In this document: in pieces, positions 56,618-64,000 of the stretch | Layout of the letters: every line of letters starts with the position of its first letter | Position numbering within the stretch: position 1 is the stretch's first letter | NCBI GenBank assembly: GCA_035489715.1 | Contig: DATHAP010000021.1 | Location: 694-64,693 of the forward strand | DNA: 64,000 bases | Source: Actinomycetes bacterium | GTDB taxonomy: Bacteria; Actinomycetota; Actinomycetes; JACCUZ01 | Reading direction: 5' to 3' | Program-made: the position numbers and the translations under genes | The notes under the pieces: model-generated | Told to the model about the DNA's origin: nothing | Database searches by the model: none | The model's input: the letters and a program-made list of their open reading frames with translations, nothing else

Positions 56618-56893
56618 GTGACCATCGAAGGCATTATCGGCGCCCTTATCATCGGCGCGATCATCGGCGTCCTGGGACGCCTGATCGTCCCAGGCAAACA
56701 GGACATCCCCATCTGGCTGACAATCGCGGTCGGCATCGTCGCCGCCCTCATCGGATCGGCGATCGTCGGTCCGCTGCGCGACACCGACGGCATCGACTGG
56801 GTCGAGCTCATCGTGCAGGTCGCGCTGGCCGCGCTCGGCGTGTATCTCGTGGCCAGCTTGCGGGGCCGTGGCCGCACTACCCACCACGTCTGA
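56618..56893 (+). CDS. GlsB/YeaQ/YmgE family stress-response membrane protein
   Basis: GIIGALIIGAIIGVLGRLIVPGKQDIPIWLTIAVGIVAALIGSAIVG is the family signature. GAAGGAG SD before the GTG. Confidence 0.7.
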   Translation: MTIEGIIGALIIGAIIGVLGRLIVPGKQDIPIWLTIAVGIVAALIGSAIVGPLRDTDGIDWVELIVQVALAALGVYLVASLRGRGRTTHHV

Positions 56894-57027
56894 CCTTGCC
56901 TGCAGCCCGCGTTCGCCCGCCCCTCCGCAGCGGGCCCTGGCTGCCTGGGTGTCACGCACCGGCGTCTATTCCGCAATCGCGCGACTAGACGCCGCTTCCC
57001 GGTCTCATGCTTATCCGGGTTCAGCAC

Positions 57028-57174
57028 TCAGCCCATGATGATTAGACAGCCGATGATCAAGCCCATCCCGGCGAGGAGCAGCGGGTCAAGCGCACTGGCG
57101 TTGGGCATCCGGACGCCGGTGTGGAAGCCACCGGCCGCCAGACCAGCGACCAGCAGGATTGAGAGCCAGCTCAC
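57028..57174 (-). CDS. Candidate 48-aa hydrophobic peptide
   Basis: GTG-initiated ORF VSWLSILLVAGLAAGGFHTGV...LLLAGMGLIIGCLIIMG with a GGAAGAAG SD-like stretch upstream. Convergent with the yeaQ-like gene. Confidence 0.2.
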   Translation of the reverse strand: MSWLSILLVAGLAAGGFHTGVRMPNASALDPLLLAGMGLIIGCLIIMG

Positions 57175-57254
57175 TCGAAAACTCGCTTCTTCCGTTGCTT
57201 GCTAGCCGCTGCCTCGTCTCGGCAGGCGGCGACTCGCCCCGACGTGATCCATGT

Positions 57255-57284
57255 TTGACACGACGCTTATGTCGTGTCTAGCAT
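57255..57284 (+). promoter_or_regulatory. Candidate promoter of the sulfate transporter operon with an embedded 8-6-8 inverted repeat
   Basis: TTGACA, an 18-nt spacer, then TAGCAT. The spacer holds the perfect IR GACACGAC-gcttat-GTCGTGTC. Confidence 0.45.
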
Positions 57285-57302
57285 CCTAACCACTGTAAAT
57301 CA

Positions 57303-58364
57303 GTGGAGAAAGGGATGATCATGGGGTTTTGGCGCGGCAAGCGGCGCGTGGCTTCGGTAACTGTGGCGGCGGCCGTCCTTGGTGGACTCAGCGCCTGCGC
57401 CAGCACCGAGCCGGATTCGGAGGCGGCGGCCTCGTCGTCGGAGGGCAAGACCGTCGAACTGTCGCTGGTGGCGTACTCCACACCGCAGGCAGCCTTCGAG
57501 CAGATCATCGCAGCCTTCCAGGAGACCGGGGCCGGCCAGAACGTCAAGTTCACCCAGTCCTACGGCGGCTCGGGCGACCAGAGCCGCGCCGTGGAAGCCG
57601 GACTTCCGGCCGACTTCGTGATGTTCTCCCTGGAGACCGACATGACCCGCCTGGTGGACGCCGGCATGGTGGACCCCGCGTGGAACACCGATGAGCACAA
57701 GGGCATGATCACCGACTCCGTTGTCGCCCTGGTCACCCGCAAGGGCAACCCGGACGGCATCCAGGACTGGTCGGACCTGACCAAGAAGGGTGTCGAGGTC
57801 ATCACCCCGAACCCCTTCGCCTCCGGCGGCGCCCGGTGGAACCTCATGGCGGGCTACGGCGCGCAGGTGACCAACGGTGCCTCCGAGGCAGAAGGCGAGC
57901 AGTACCTCGCCGACCTGCTCGCAAACGTCCCGGTGCAGGACGAGAGCGCCCGGGCTTCTCTCCAGACCTTCACCGGCGGCAAGGGCGATGTACTGATCGG
58001 CTACGAGAACGAGGCCATCTTCGCTCAGCAGAATGGTCAGGACATCGACTACGTCGTCCCGGACTCCACCATCCTGATCGAGAACCCGGCGGCGATCACC
58101 AGCACTACCAAGCACCCCAAGGAGGCCCAGGCGTTCCTCGACTTCGTGCACGGCGAGGAGGCTCAGAAGATCTTCGCGGAGAACGGCTACCGACCGATCG
58201 TCGAGGGTGCGGACACCGCGGGGCAGGACTTCCCCGAGCCCTCGGGTCTGTTCACGATCGAGGAGCTGGGCGGCTGGGATGAGGTCGCCACGAAGTTCTT
58301 CGACGCCGAGAACGGCATCGTCACCGAGATCGAGCGCAACCTCGGCGTCTCGACCGAGAAGTAG
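57303..58364 (+). CDS. sbp: Sulfate/thiosulfate ABC transporter substrate-binding lipoprotein
   Basis: Lipobox-like signal (LGGLSACAS) and sulfate-binding protein family pattern throughout. 353 aa. Confidence 0.85.
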   Translation: MEKGMIMGFWRGKRRVASVTVAAAVLGGLSACASTEPDSEAAASSSEGKTVELSLVAYSTPQAAFEQIIAAFQETGAGQNVKFTQSYGGSGDQSRAVEAGLPADFVMFSLETDMTRLVDAGMVDPAWNTDEHKGMITDSVVALVTRKGNPDGIQDWSDLTKKGVEVITPNPFASGGARWNLMAGYGAQVTNGASEAEGEQYLADLLANVPVQDESARASLQTFTGGKGDVLIGYENEAIFAQQNGQDIDYVVPDSTILIENPAAITSTTKHPKEAQAFLDFVHGEEAQKIFAENGYRPIVEGADTAGQDFPEPSGLFTIEELGGWDEVATKFFDAENGIVTEIERNLGVSTEK

Positions 58365-58373
58365 CGAGAGCCT

Positions 58374-59240
58374 TTGACCAGCAACATGGCCGGCGCCGGC
58401 GTGAGCCTCCTCCCTAGGGCCACGCCGGCGCCACCGGCCGCGCCGCCACGGCGCCCCCTCCACGGCAGAGGACAGGCGATCGGCCTCGGCTTCGTCGTCC
58501 TCTACCTCAGCCTCATCGTCCTTATCCCGCTGGCCGCAGTAGTGGCCAAGGGACAGGAGAACGGCTTCTCCGGGTTCTGGAACGCCGTCACCACGCCCGA
58601 GGCCGCCTCCACCCTCAAGCTGACCATCGGAGCCTCCTTCGTGGTCGCGCTGATCAACGCCGTCATGGGAACTTTGATCGCCTGGGTACTCGTCCGGGAG
58701 CGTGTCCCCGGGCGGGCGGTGTTGGACTCGCTCATCGATCTGCCGTTCGCCCTCCCGACGATCGTCGCCGGGCTGGCGCTCCTGACCGTCTACGGAGCAC
58801 AAAGTCCGGTTGGGCTCGACATCGCCTACACCCGGCTGGCAGTGGTCGTGGCGTTGCTGTTCGTCACGTTGCCTTTCGTGGTGCGGACCGTCCAACCGGT
58901 CCTCTTGGAGCTGGACACCGAGATGGAGCAGGCCGCCGCGTCGCTCGGCGCCGGACCAGCCACCATCTTCTTTCGGATCGTCCTTCCCAACATCGTCCCC
59001 GCCATCGCCGCGGGGACCGCGCTGTCCTTCGCGCGGGCCATGAGTGAGTTCGGGTCAACCGTGCTCATCTCGGGCAACCTGCCCTTCCAGACCCAAGTGG
59101 CATCCGTGCACATCTTCAACCAGCTCGAAGGCGACAACCTCACCGGCGCAGCAGCGGTCTCCACCGTCCTGCTCGTCGTGTCCCTCGTCGTCCTCGTGGC
59201 ACTCGACCTGCTGCAACGCTGGGCGGCCCGCCGTGGCTAG
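58374..59240 (+). CDS. cysT: Sulfate ABC transporter permease CysT
   Basis: 6 TM helices with the ABC permease EAA-like loop (AASLGAGPATIFFRIVLPN). Confidence 0.85.
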   Translation: MTSNMAGAGVSLLPRATPAPPAAPPRRPLHGRGQAIGLGFVVLYLSLIVLIPLAAVVAKGQENGFSGFWNAVTTPEAASTLKLTIGASFVVALINAVMGTLIAWVLVRERVPGRAVLDSLIDLPFALPTIVAGLALLTVYGAQSPVGLDIAYTRLAVVVALLFVTLPFVVRTVQPVLLELDTEMEQAAASLGAGPATIFFRIVLPNIVPAIAAGTALSFARAMSEFGSTVLISGNLPFQTQVASVHIFNQLEGDNLTGAAAVSTVLLVVSLVVLVALDLLQRWAARRG

Positions 59241-60042
59241 CCCGGGGGTCCTCGTGCGACCGGCCCTCAAGGGCGTTGCGCTGCTCTACCTCACGTTCCT
59301 TCTCGTCATCCCGGTTGCGTTGATCTTCTACCGCACCTTCGAGAACGGCATCCAGCCGGTGATCGACGGGCTCACCGACCCAGCCACGGTCCACGCCTTC
59401 CAGATCACCGCCGTGGTCGCCTTCTGGGCGGTGGTCGCCAACACCATCTTCGGTGTGACGACGGCGATCCTGCTGGTGCGCCACGACTTCCGCGGCAAGC
59501 GCGTGCTCAACGCCCTGATCGACCTGCCTCTGGCAGTCTCACCCGTCATCGTCGGTCTCGCGCTGATCCTCGTCTACGGGAGCACCACCGGCATCGGTCA
59601 GACCTTGTCCGGCATCGGCGTGAAGGTGATCTTCTCCATCCCGGGCATGGTGATGGCAACCATCTTCGTCTGCATCCCGCTCGTCGTGCGCGCAGTCGCC
59701 CCCGTCCTGGAGGAGATCGGCAACGACCAGGAGCAGGCGGCCGCCACTCTGGGTGCCGGACCCGTACAGACCTTCCTGCGGATCACCCTGCCCTCGATCC
59801 GGGGCGCGCTCGCTTACGGCGTCGTCCTGGCACTCGCCCGCTCGCTCGGCGAGTACGGCGCCGTCGCCGTGGTCTCCGGCCGGCTCGTTGGTCGAACGCA
59901 GACCGTCACGCTGCTGGTCCAGGAGCGATACCTCAACTTCGACCAGGAGACGGCGTACGCTTGCGCCCTGCTTCTCGTGGTCACCGCCGTGCTGGCGTTG
60001 ATCGTCAGTCGCCTCTTGGCGCCCAAGGAGATCACCCGATGA
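59233..60042 (+). CDS. cysW: Sulfate ABC transporter permease CysW
   Basis: GTG start overlapping the cysT stop. EAA loop [19 protein letters not shown]. Confidence 0.85.
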   Translation: MASPGVLVRPALKGVALLYLTFLLVIPVALIFYRTFENGIQPVIDGLTDPATVHAFQITAVVAFWAVVANTIFGVTTAILLVRHDFRGKRVLNALIDLPLAVSPVIVGLALILVYGSTTGIGQTLSGIGVKVIFSIPGMVMATIFVCIPLVVRAVAPVLEEIGNDQEQAAATLGAGPVQTFLRITLPSIRGALAYGVVLALARSLGEYGAVAVVSGRLVGRTQTVTLLVQERYLNFDQETAYACALLLVVTAVLALIVSRLLAPKEITR

Positions 60043-61004
60043 GCATCATCGTCCGCGACGTGTCGAAGAACTTCGGCGACTTCTCGGCCCTGAAAGACGT
60101 GTCCGTCGAGATCCCCACCGGCGGCCTGACCGCTCTGCTGGGGCCGAGCGGCGGCGGCAAGTCCACCCTCCTGCGGGTCATCGCCGGCTTGGAGAAGCCC
60201 GACAGCGGCTCGGTGGAGATCGAAGGCCGTGAGGCGACCTCCCTCCGCCCGCAGGAGCGAGGTGTCGGGTTCGTCTTCCAGCACTACGCAGCGTTCAAGC
60301 ACCTGTCCGTACGGCGCAACGTGGCGTTCGGACTGGAGATCCGCAAGCAGCCGAAGGACGAAGTGCGCCGGCGCGTCGACGAGCTGCTCGAACTTGTCCA
60401 CCTGGAGCAGTTCGCGCACCGGTATCCGGCCCAGCTCTCCGGCGGTCAGCGACAGCGCATGGCACTGGCTCGCGCGCTCGCCGTGGAGCCGGCAGTCCTC
60501 CTGCTCGACGAGCCGTTCGGTGCCCTCGACGCCCAGGTGCGGAAAGAGCTGCGGACATGGCTGCGGCGGCTGCACGACCAGGTGCACGTCACCACGGTCT
60601 TCGTCACCCACGACCAGGAAGAGGCGATGGAGGTTGCCGACTCGATCGTCGTCATGGCTGACGGCGAGGTCAAGCAGGTCGGCACCCCAGACCAGCTTTA
60701 CGACGCGCCAGCTAACGACTTCGTCATGAGCTTCCTCGGGCCGGTAACCCGCCTCGGAGGCAAGCTCATCCGGCCGCATGACATCGAACTCTTCCCGCAC
60801 CGTGAGAACAACACCGAAGAAGCCACCGTCGAGCGCGTCACCCGGCTCGGCTTCGAGGTACGGGTCGACTTGCTCGTCGCGGGCGAGGAACTCTGGGCAC
60901 AGGTCACCCGCGGAACGGCCGAGCAGTTCGGCCTCGAAGGCGGGCAGACGGTGTATGTGCGCCCCGCTCGGGACCGGCGCATCGCACCCGTGGCGGCGGG
61001 GTGA
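60039..61004 (+). CDS. cysA: Sulfate/thiosulfate ABC transporter ATP-binding protein CysA
   Basis: Walker [10 protein letters not shown], signature LSGGQRQR, Walker [12 protein letters not shown] and a C-terminal TOBE-like domain. ATGA overlap with cysW. Confidence 0.9.
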   Translation: MSIIVRDVSKNFGDFSALKDVSVEIPTGGLTALLGPSGGGKSTLLRVIAGLEKPDSGSVEIEGREATSLRPQERGVGFVFQHYAAFKHLSVRRNVAFGLEIRKQPKDEVRRRVDELLELVHLEQFAHRYPAQLSGGQRQRMALARALAVEPAVLLLDEPFGALDAQVRKELRTWLRRLHDQVHVTTVFVTHDQEEAMEVADSIVVMADGEVKQVGTPDQLYDAPANDFVMSFLGPVTRLGGKLIRPHDIELFPHRENNTEEATVERVTRLGFEVRVDLLVAGEELWAQVTRGTAEQFGLEGGQTVYVRPARDRRIAPVAAG

Positions 61005-61073
61005 CGGCGCCCACTTTCCCGCGATGCATCACCTAACCGTTCGCCGGGTGGCCGGCCGCACGCCCCACTGGTC

Positions 61074-61526
61074 GTGAACGTTCCATCGCGGGTGGACTTC
61101 GCGCTCCGGGCCACGATTGTCCTTGCCGAGTCGCCAGAAACCCTTCTGAGCAGAGGGGAGATCGCACGCTTGCAGCGAATCCCCGCACCCGTCCTGACTG
61201 ACATCCTGGTGGCGATGAAGCGTCGTGGGTTGATCGCCAACACCCTCGGCCCGAACGGGGGGTATCGACTAGCCCGCCCCCCAGCCAGTATCACGCTCGG
61301 GGACATAGTTCGCGCCGTCGACGGCCCCCTTGCTTTGATCGGGGACCGGCACCCTGGCGACCTTTCGTACGCCGGACCGACGGCCGCGCTTAGAACGGTG
61401 TGGCTCGCCGTGCGAGGAAGCCTCGCCGACGTGCTCGACAACGTCACCTTGGAGCACGTACAGCGCCGACAGCTGCCTCAGCGCATCGTTGACATCGCCA
61501 CGGAGTACGGGCTCGACGAGCGTTGA
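61074..61526 (+). CDS. Rrf2 family transcriptional regulator
   Basis: N-terminal winged HTH typical of Rrf2 (DFALRATIVLAE...GEIARLQRIPAPVLTDILVAMKRRGLIANTLGPNGGYRLARP). Confidence 0.8.
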   Translation: MNVPSRVDFALRATIVLAESPETLLSRGEIARLQRIPAPVLTDILVAMKRRGLIANTLGPNGGYRLARPPASITLGDIVRAVDGPLALIGDRHPGDLSYAGPTAALRTVWLAVRGSLADVLDNVTLEHVQRRQLPQRIVDIATEYGLDER

Positions 61527-61592
61527 CCGCCGCGCCGACCCCGTGCGCTGGGCGCATTGTCGCTGGGGAACAAGTGTCGAAGCCGATGCGGG

Positions 61593-61988
61593 TCAGTACG
61601 CATAGATGTCCACCAGAAAAGCACCCAGCATCGTCAGCGCAGCAAGAACACCGACTTCTGCCGCTCGCTGTGACCGGGCCACTGCCAATGACAAGAGCGC
61701 ACTGGAACCCCCCAGAGTGAACACTCCTGAGCCAACGTCCTGCCAGCTCACAGGAAAGGGCCTGAAAGGCAGGTCATGCGAGAACATCGAAGTCGTCTCC
61801 GTCGTGCGAAGAATTATGTTCCACGCAAGTGGCGAGAGAAAGGCGGTCAGGCCACACGCCGCTAAGACGAGCATCCTTCGCTCTCTGGCGATGACCAGCA
61901 CAAAAATCACCGCAGCCAGAACGGACCACAGGGCGCCATACAGCATGTGCCCGTAGCTCATGTCACCTCCCGCGCGTGCGACGCGCAC
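61593..61988 (-). CDS. Hypothetical membrane protein (4 TM)
   Basis: 131-aa ORF with hydrophobic periodicity. No motif. Confidence 0.4.
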   Translation of the reverse strand: MRVARAGGDMSYGHMLYGALWSVLAAVIFVLVIARERRMLVLAACGLTAFLSPLAWNIILRTTETTSMFSHDLPFRPFPVSWQDVGSGVFTLGGSSALLSLAVARSQRAAEVGVLAALTMLGAFLVDIYAY

Positions 61989-62079
61989 CAGACAGCCGCC
62001 GGTGCTGTATGGCTGGCGGCCGCCGGCAGCTAATTCGCTGTAGTCTTCGGAAGGTACCCGGTTCGCCTTCCTGAACGCC

Positions 62080-62400
62080 CAATATTGGTACTCGCCGGAG
62101 GCGTCGGGTCACGGCGTGAGCTGCTCAGACCCCACGCTTATCGTGGTCACCGGCAACGGCGGGCTACACCTGTACTACCAACTACATGAGCAGGCGCCGT
62201 TCATCGAGAGGCCGACCCATGCCAACCACCGCCGTCGAAGTTCTGCACGACGACGGGCGCTGGTACCTCGCGTAGTTGCTCGGGCAGCACCGCGACCGGG
62301 CGACCGGCGAGCGGCGCTGCGGTGTCCGATACTCGGCGGCGCCAGGGATGGCGTATCGGCGCGTTGTCTGGGCCGACCAGTGCCGGCGCTACCGCCACAT
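62080..62400 (+). pseudogene. Possible remnant of an archaeo-eukaryotic-type primase (PrimPol) gene
   Basis: Frame X encodes ...TLIVVTGNGGLHLYYQLHEQAPFIE, which fits AEP motif II (sGxGGxHxY). The frame is interrupted after about 40 residues and continues in an offset frame that runs into a TAG. Confidence 0.25.
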
Positions 62401-62520
62401 AAGGTCACGCGAAGAGCCGCTGGAGGGGCGAGCCGCTGAAGCGTCAGGCGTGTAACGCTTCCGGCAGCGGGACCGATCACGAAGCGCCACCTCAATCCGG
62501 GGCGTGCCGGAGAGGACTCG

Positions 62521-63117
62521 ATGCTGACACGCATGGCGGCCGTGGTTGCCGCTCGCACCCGTCTAGTCGGCTTCGTCACGGTCGCTCTGCTCGCCGGCGG
62601 CATCGGGGGGGTCTGGGCCGCCACTAACACGACCGCTCCCCACGTCTCGGTCATGACCGTGGCAGGCGAGAAGGGCGGCCAGGCGGCTGCCGAGGGGACC
62701 AGCAAGACCAAGGCTGCAAAGGTCAAGTCGTCCGGAAGTGAAGGTACCCATGGTGCCTGCGTCTCAGCGGTAGCCCGCAGCGACGCCAAGGGCGGGCCGA
62801 ACGACAACCACGGTGGCGCCGTCTCGCGGGCGGCCCACACCTGCGCGCCAAAGGTGGCGGGCAGCTCGGTCGACCGTTCCTCTAAGCAGCCGAAGGCGCC
62901 CAAGCCCACGAAGCCGCCCAAGCCTTCCCCGGCTGCGACCGTCAACGGCGGTCAGCCGAGCCACGAGGCGAAGTCCAGCGCCGCCGTGACCCCGAACCCC
63001 GGAGCCACGCCGTCTGAGTCGCCGACCCCCGATCCCGCAACGCCCTCGGGGACGACGCCCACGAGCACGACATCGACTGAGACCCCAGCAACCACCACCG
63101 CGACCGCCAAACCATAG
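62521..63117 (+). CDS. Low-complexity Ser/Thr/Pro-rich secreted or membrane-anchored protein
   Basis: N-terminal TM/signal (LVGFVTVALLAGGIGGVWA), then a PT-rich tail (PKAPKPTKPPKPSPA...TPTSTTSTETPATTTATAKP). Confidence 0.4.
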   Translation: MLTRMAAVVAARTRLVGFVTVALLAGGIGGVWAATNTTAPHVSVMTVAGEKGGQAAAEGTSKTKAAKVKSSGSEGTHGACVSAVARSDAKGGPNDNHGGAVSRAAHTCAPKVAGSSVDRSSKQPKAPKPTKPPKPSPAATVNGGQPSHEAKSSAAVTPNPGATPSESPTPDPATPSGTTPTSTTSTETPATTTATAKP

Positions 63118-63442
63118 ACCGTCAGGTTTCCGGCGGTCATGTGGTCCGGCGACCGCCGGCGCTCCATGATCAGGCAACGAGACTTGCGCCGACCCCCCTG
63201 CAGCCGGCGCAAGCCTCTTGCGCTGGCCGTCGTCTCGACCGGTCCCCGGAACGCTGCCGACAGATCCCCGACCTGTCGCGCGTGCCCCATTCTGCGCAAT
63301 CCCGACCAAAGCGGTAAGCAGACGGTCGGCCAGAACAGTGTGGGGCCAAACGGAGGAGGGTCGCCCTCCACCCTCGTAGCAACAGGTTTCGGCTCCCCCT
63401 GCCGGGTGAGGCCCTCCCTCACCGGGAGCAAAGGAGACCAGC

Positions 63443-63637
63443 ATGGAGATCGACAAGTCACAGATCATCGAACTGCTCAAGTCCCGCGGTGACGACGCCA
63501 AGGCCAGGCAGGCCGAAGGCGATCTGCCCAACAAGGTCGACACCGACAAGGACAGCGGGCTACTCGAGAAGTACGGCCTCAACGCTCAAGAGCTCATGGG
63601 CAAGCTGCCAGGCGGCCTAGGCGGCCTCGGAGGCTAA
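63443..63637 (+). CDS. Small hypothetical protein (64 aa)
   Basis: Strong SD AAAGGAG 6 nt before the ATG. Hydrophilic protein with a Gly-rich tail (LPGGLGGLGG). Confidence 0.4.
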   Translation: MEIDKSQIIELLKSRGDDAKARQAEGDLPNKVDTDKDSGLLEKYGLNAQELMGKLPGGLGGLGG

Positions 63638-64000
63638 TCGGTTCAGGCACGACAAAGGAAGGCGGGCCCGCGCCGCCGGACGGGGGATACTCGACGACGC
63701 GGGCTCGCACAGGCTAGCTATGGTCACTTGGCCCTACGTCTTGGCGCACCTCGAGCACCGAGCCGCGCTGTACGGCCGGTCGACCTGGCGGATCTTGGCG
63801 GCGTGCCGGATAAGGGAACAGTCACGACGGAGATGAAATCGCGCGTGAGTAGCCACGGGTTCATCCGACGCCGTTGTCAACGGCTCAACCCAGCCCGCGG
63901 GCGGCTCATACGGCATGGGGGCTCCCTGGCAGGCTGGGCGGTGCGGCGTGCGACACCATTTTTCGCAAGGCGGCGGTGTGAAACGGAGCCCCGGACGTCC

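Noticed and set aside
43404-64000. Search for an attR direct repeat of the tRNA-Met 3' end to delimit the island
   Set aside because: No exact repeat of 15 nt or more from the tRNA-Met 3' segment was found by eye. The island's right boundary is therefore left undefined rather than asserted.

Overview
High-GC actinobacterial chromosome segment (codon usage and gene content resemble Propionibacteriales/Nocardioides-like organisms; genus cannot be assigned from sequence alone). Bases 1-41.9 kb are densely coding core genome. Identified genes include leuA with an upstream Leu-rich leader peptide, recO, uppS, a zupT-zur zinc module with a Zur-box-like palindrome, glyS, a CrtI-like oxidoreductase, dus and a Rieske oxygenase/TetR/M20 hydrolase cluster. 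Further along are a LuxR-type large ATP-binding regulator divergent from ppdK, dgt, dnaG followed directly by a group 1/2 sigma-70 factor, and a bacterial type IB topoisomerase. At about 41.8-42.0 kb sit tRNA-Asn(GTT) and tRNA-Met(CAT). A tyrosine integrase gene overlaps the 3' half of the tRNA-Met gene and is followed by an excisionase-like HTH gene. Next come accessory genes: a YibE/F membrane protein, an MFS transporter and a split ChrB-like gene pair. Beyond these are stretches with few credible ORFs and, by eye, lower GC, followed by a membrane metallophosphoesterase, a BNR/Asp-box secreted protein and a PAP2 phosphatase. This looks like an integrated genomic island whose right end could not be located. 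The window ends with a sulfate ABC transporter operon (sbp-cysTWA) followed by an Rrf2-family regulator, then a decayed region with a primase-like (AEP motif II) remnant and small ORFs. No CRISPR array, rRNA or intact IS element was seen. All calls rest on ORF translations and motif recognition; no database search was possible. Some coordinates derived from manual base counting may be off by one relative to the ORF track.
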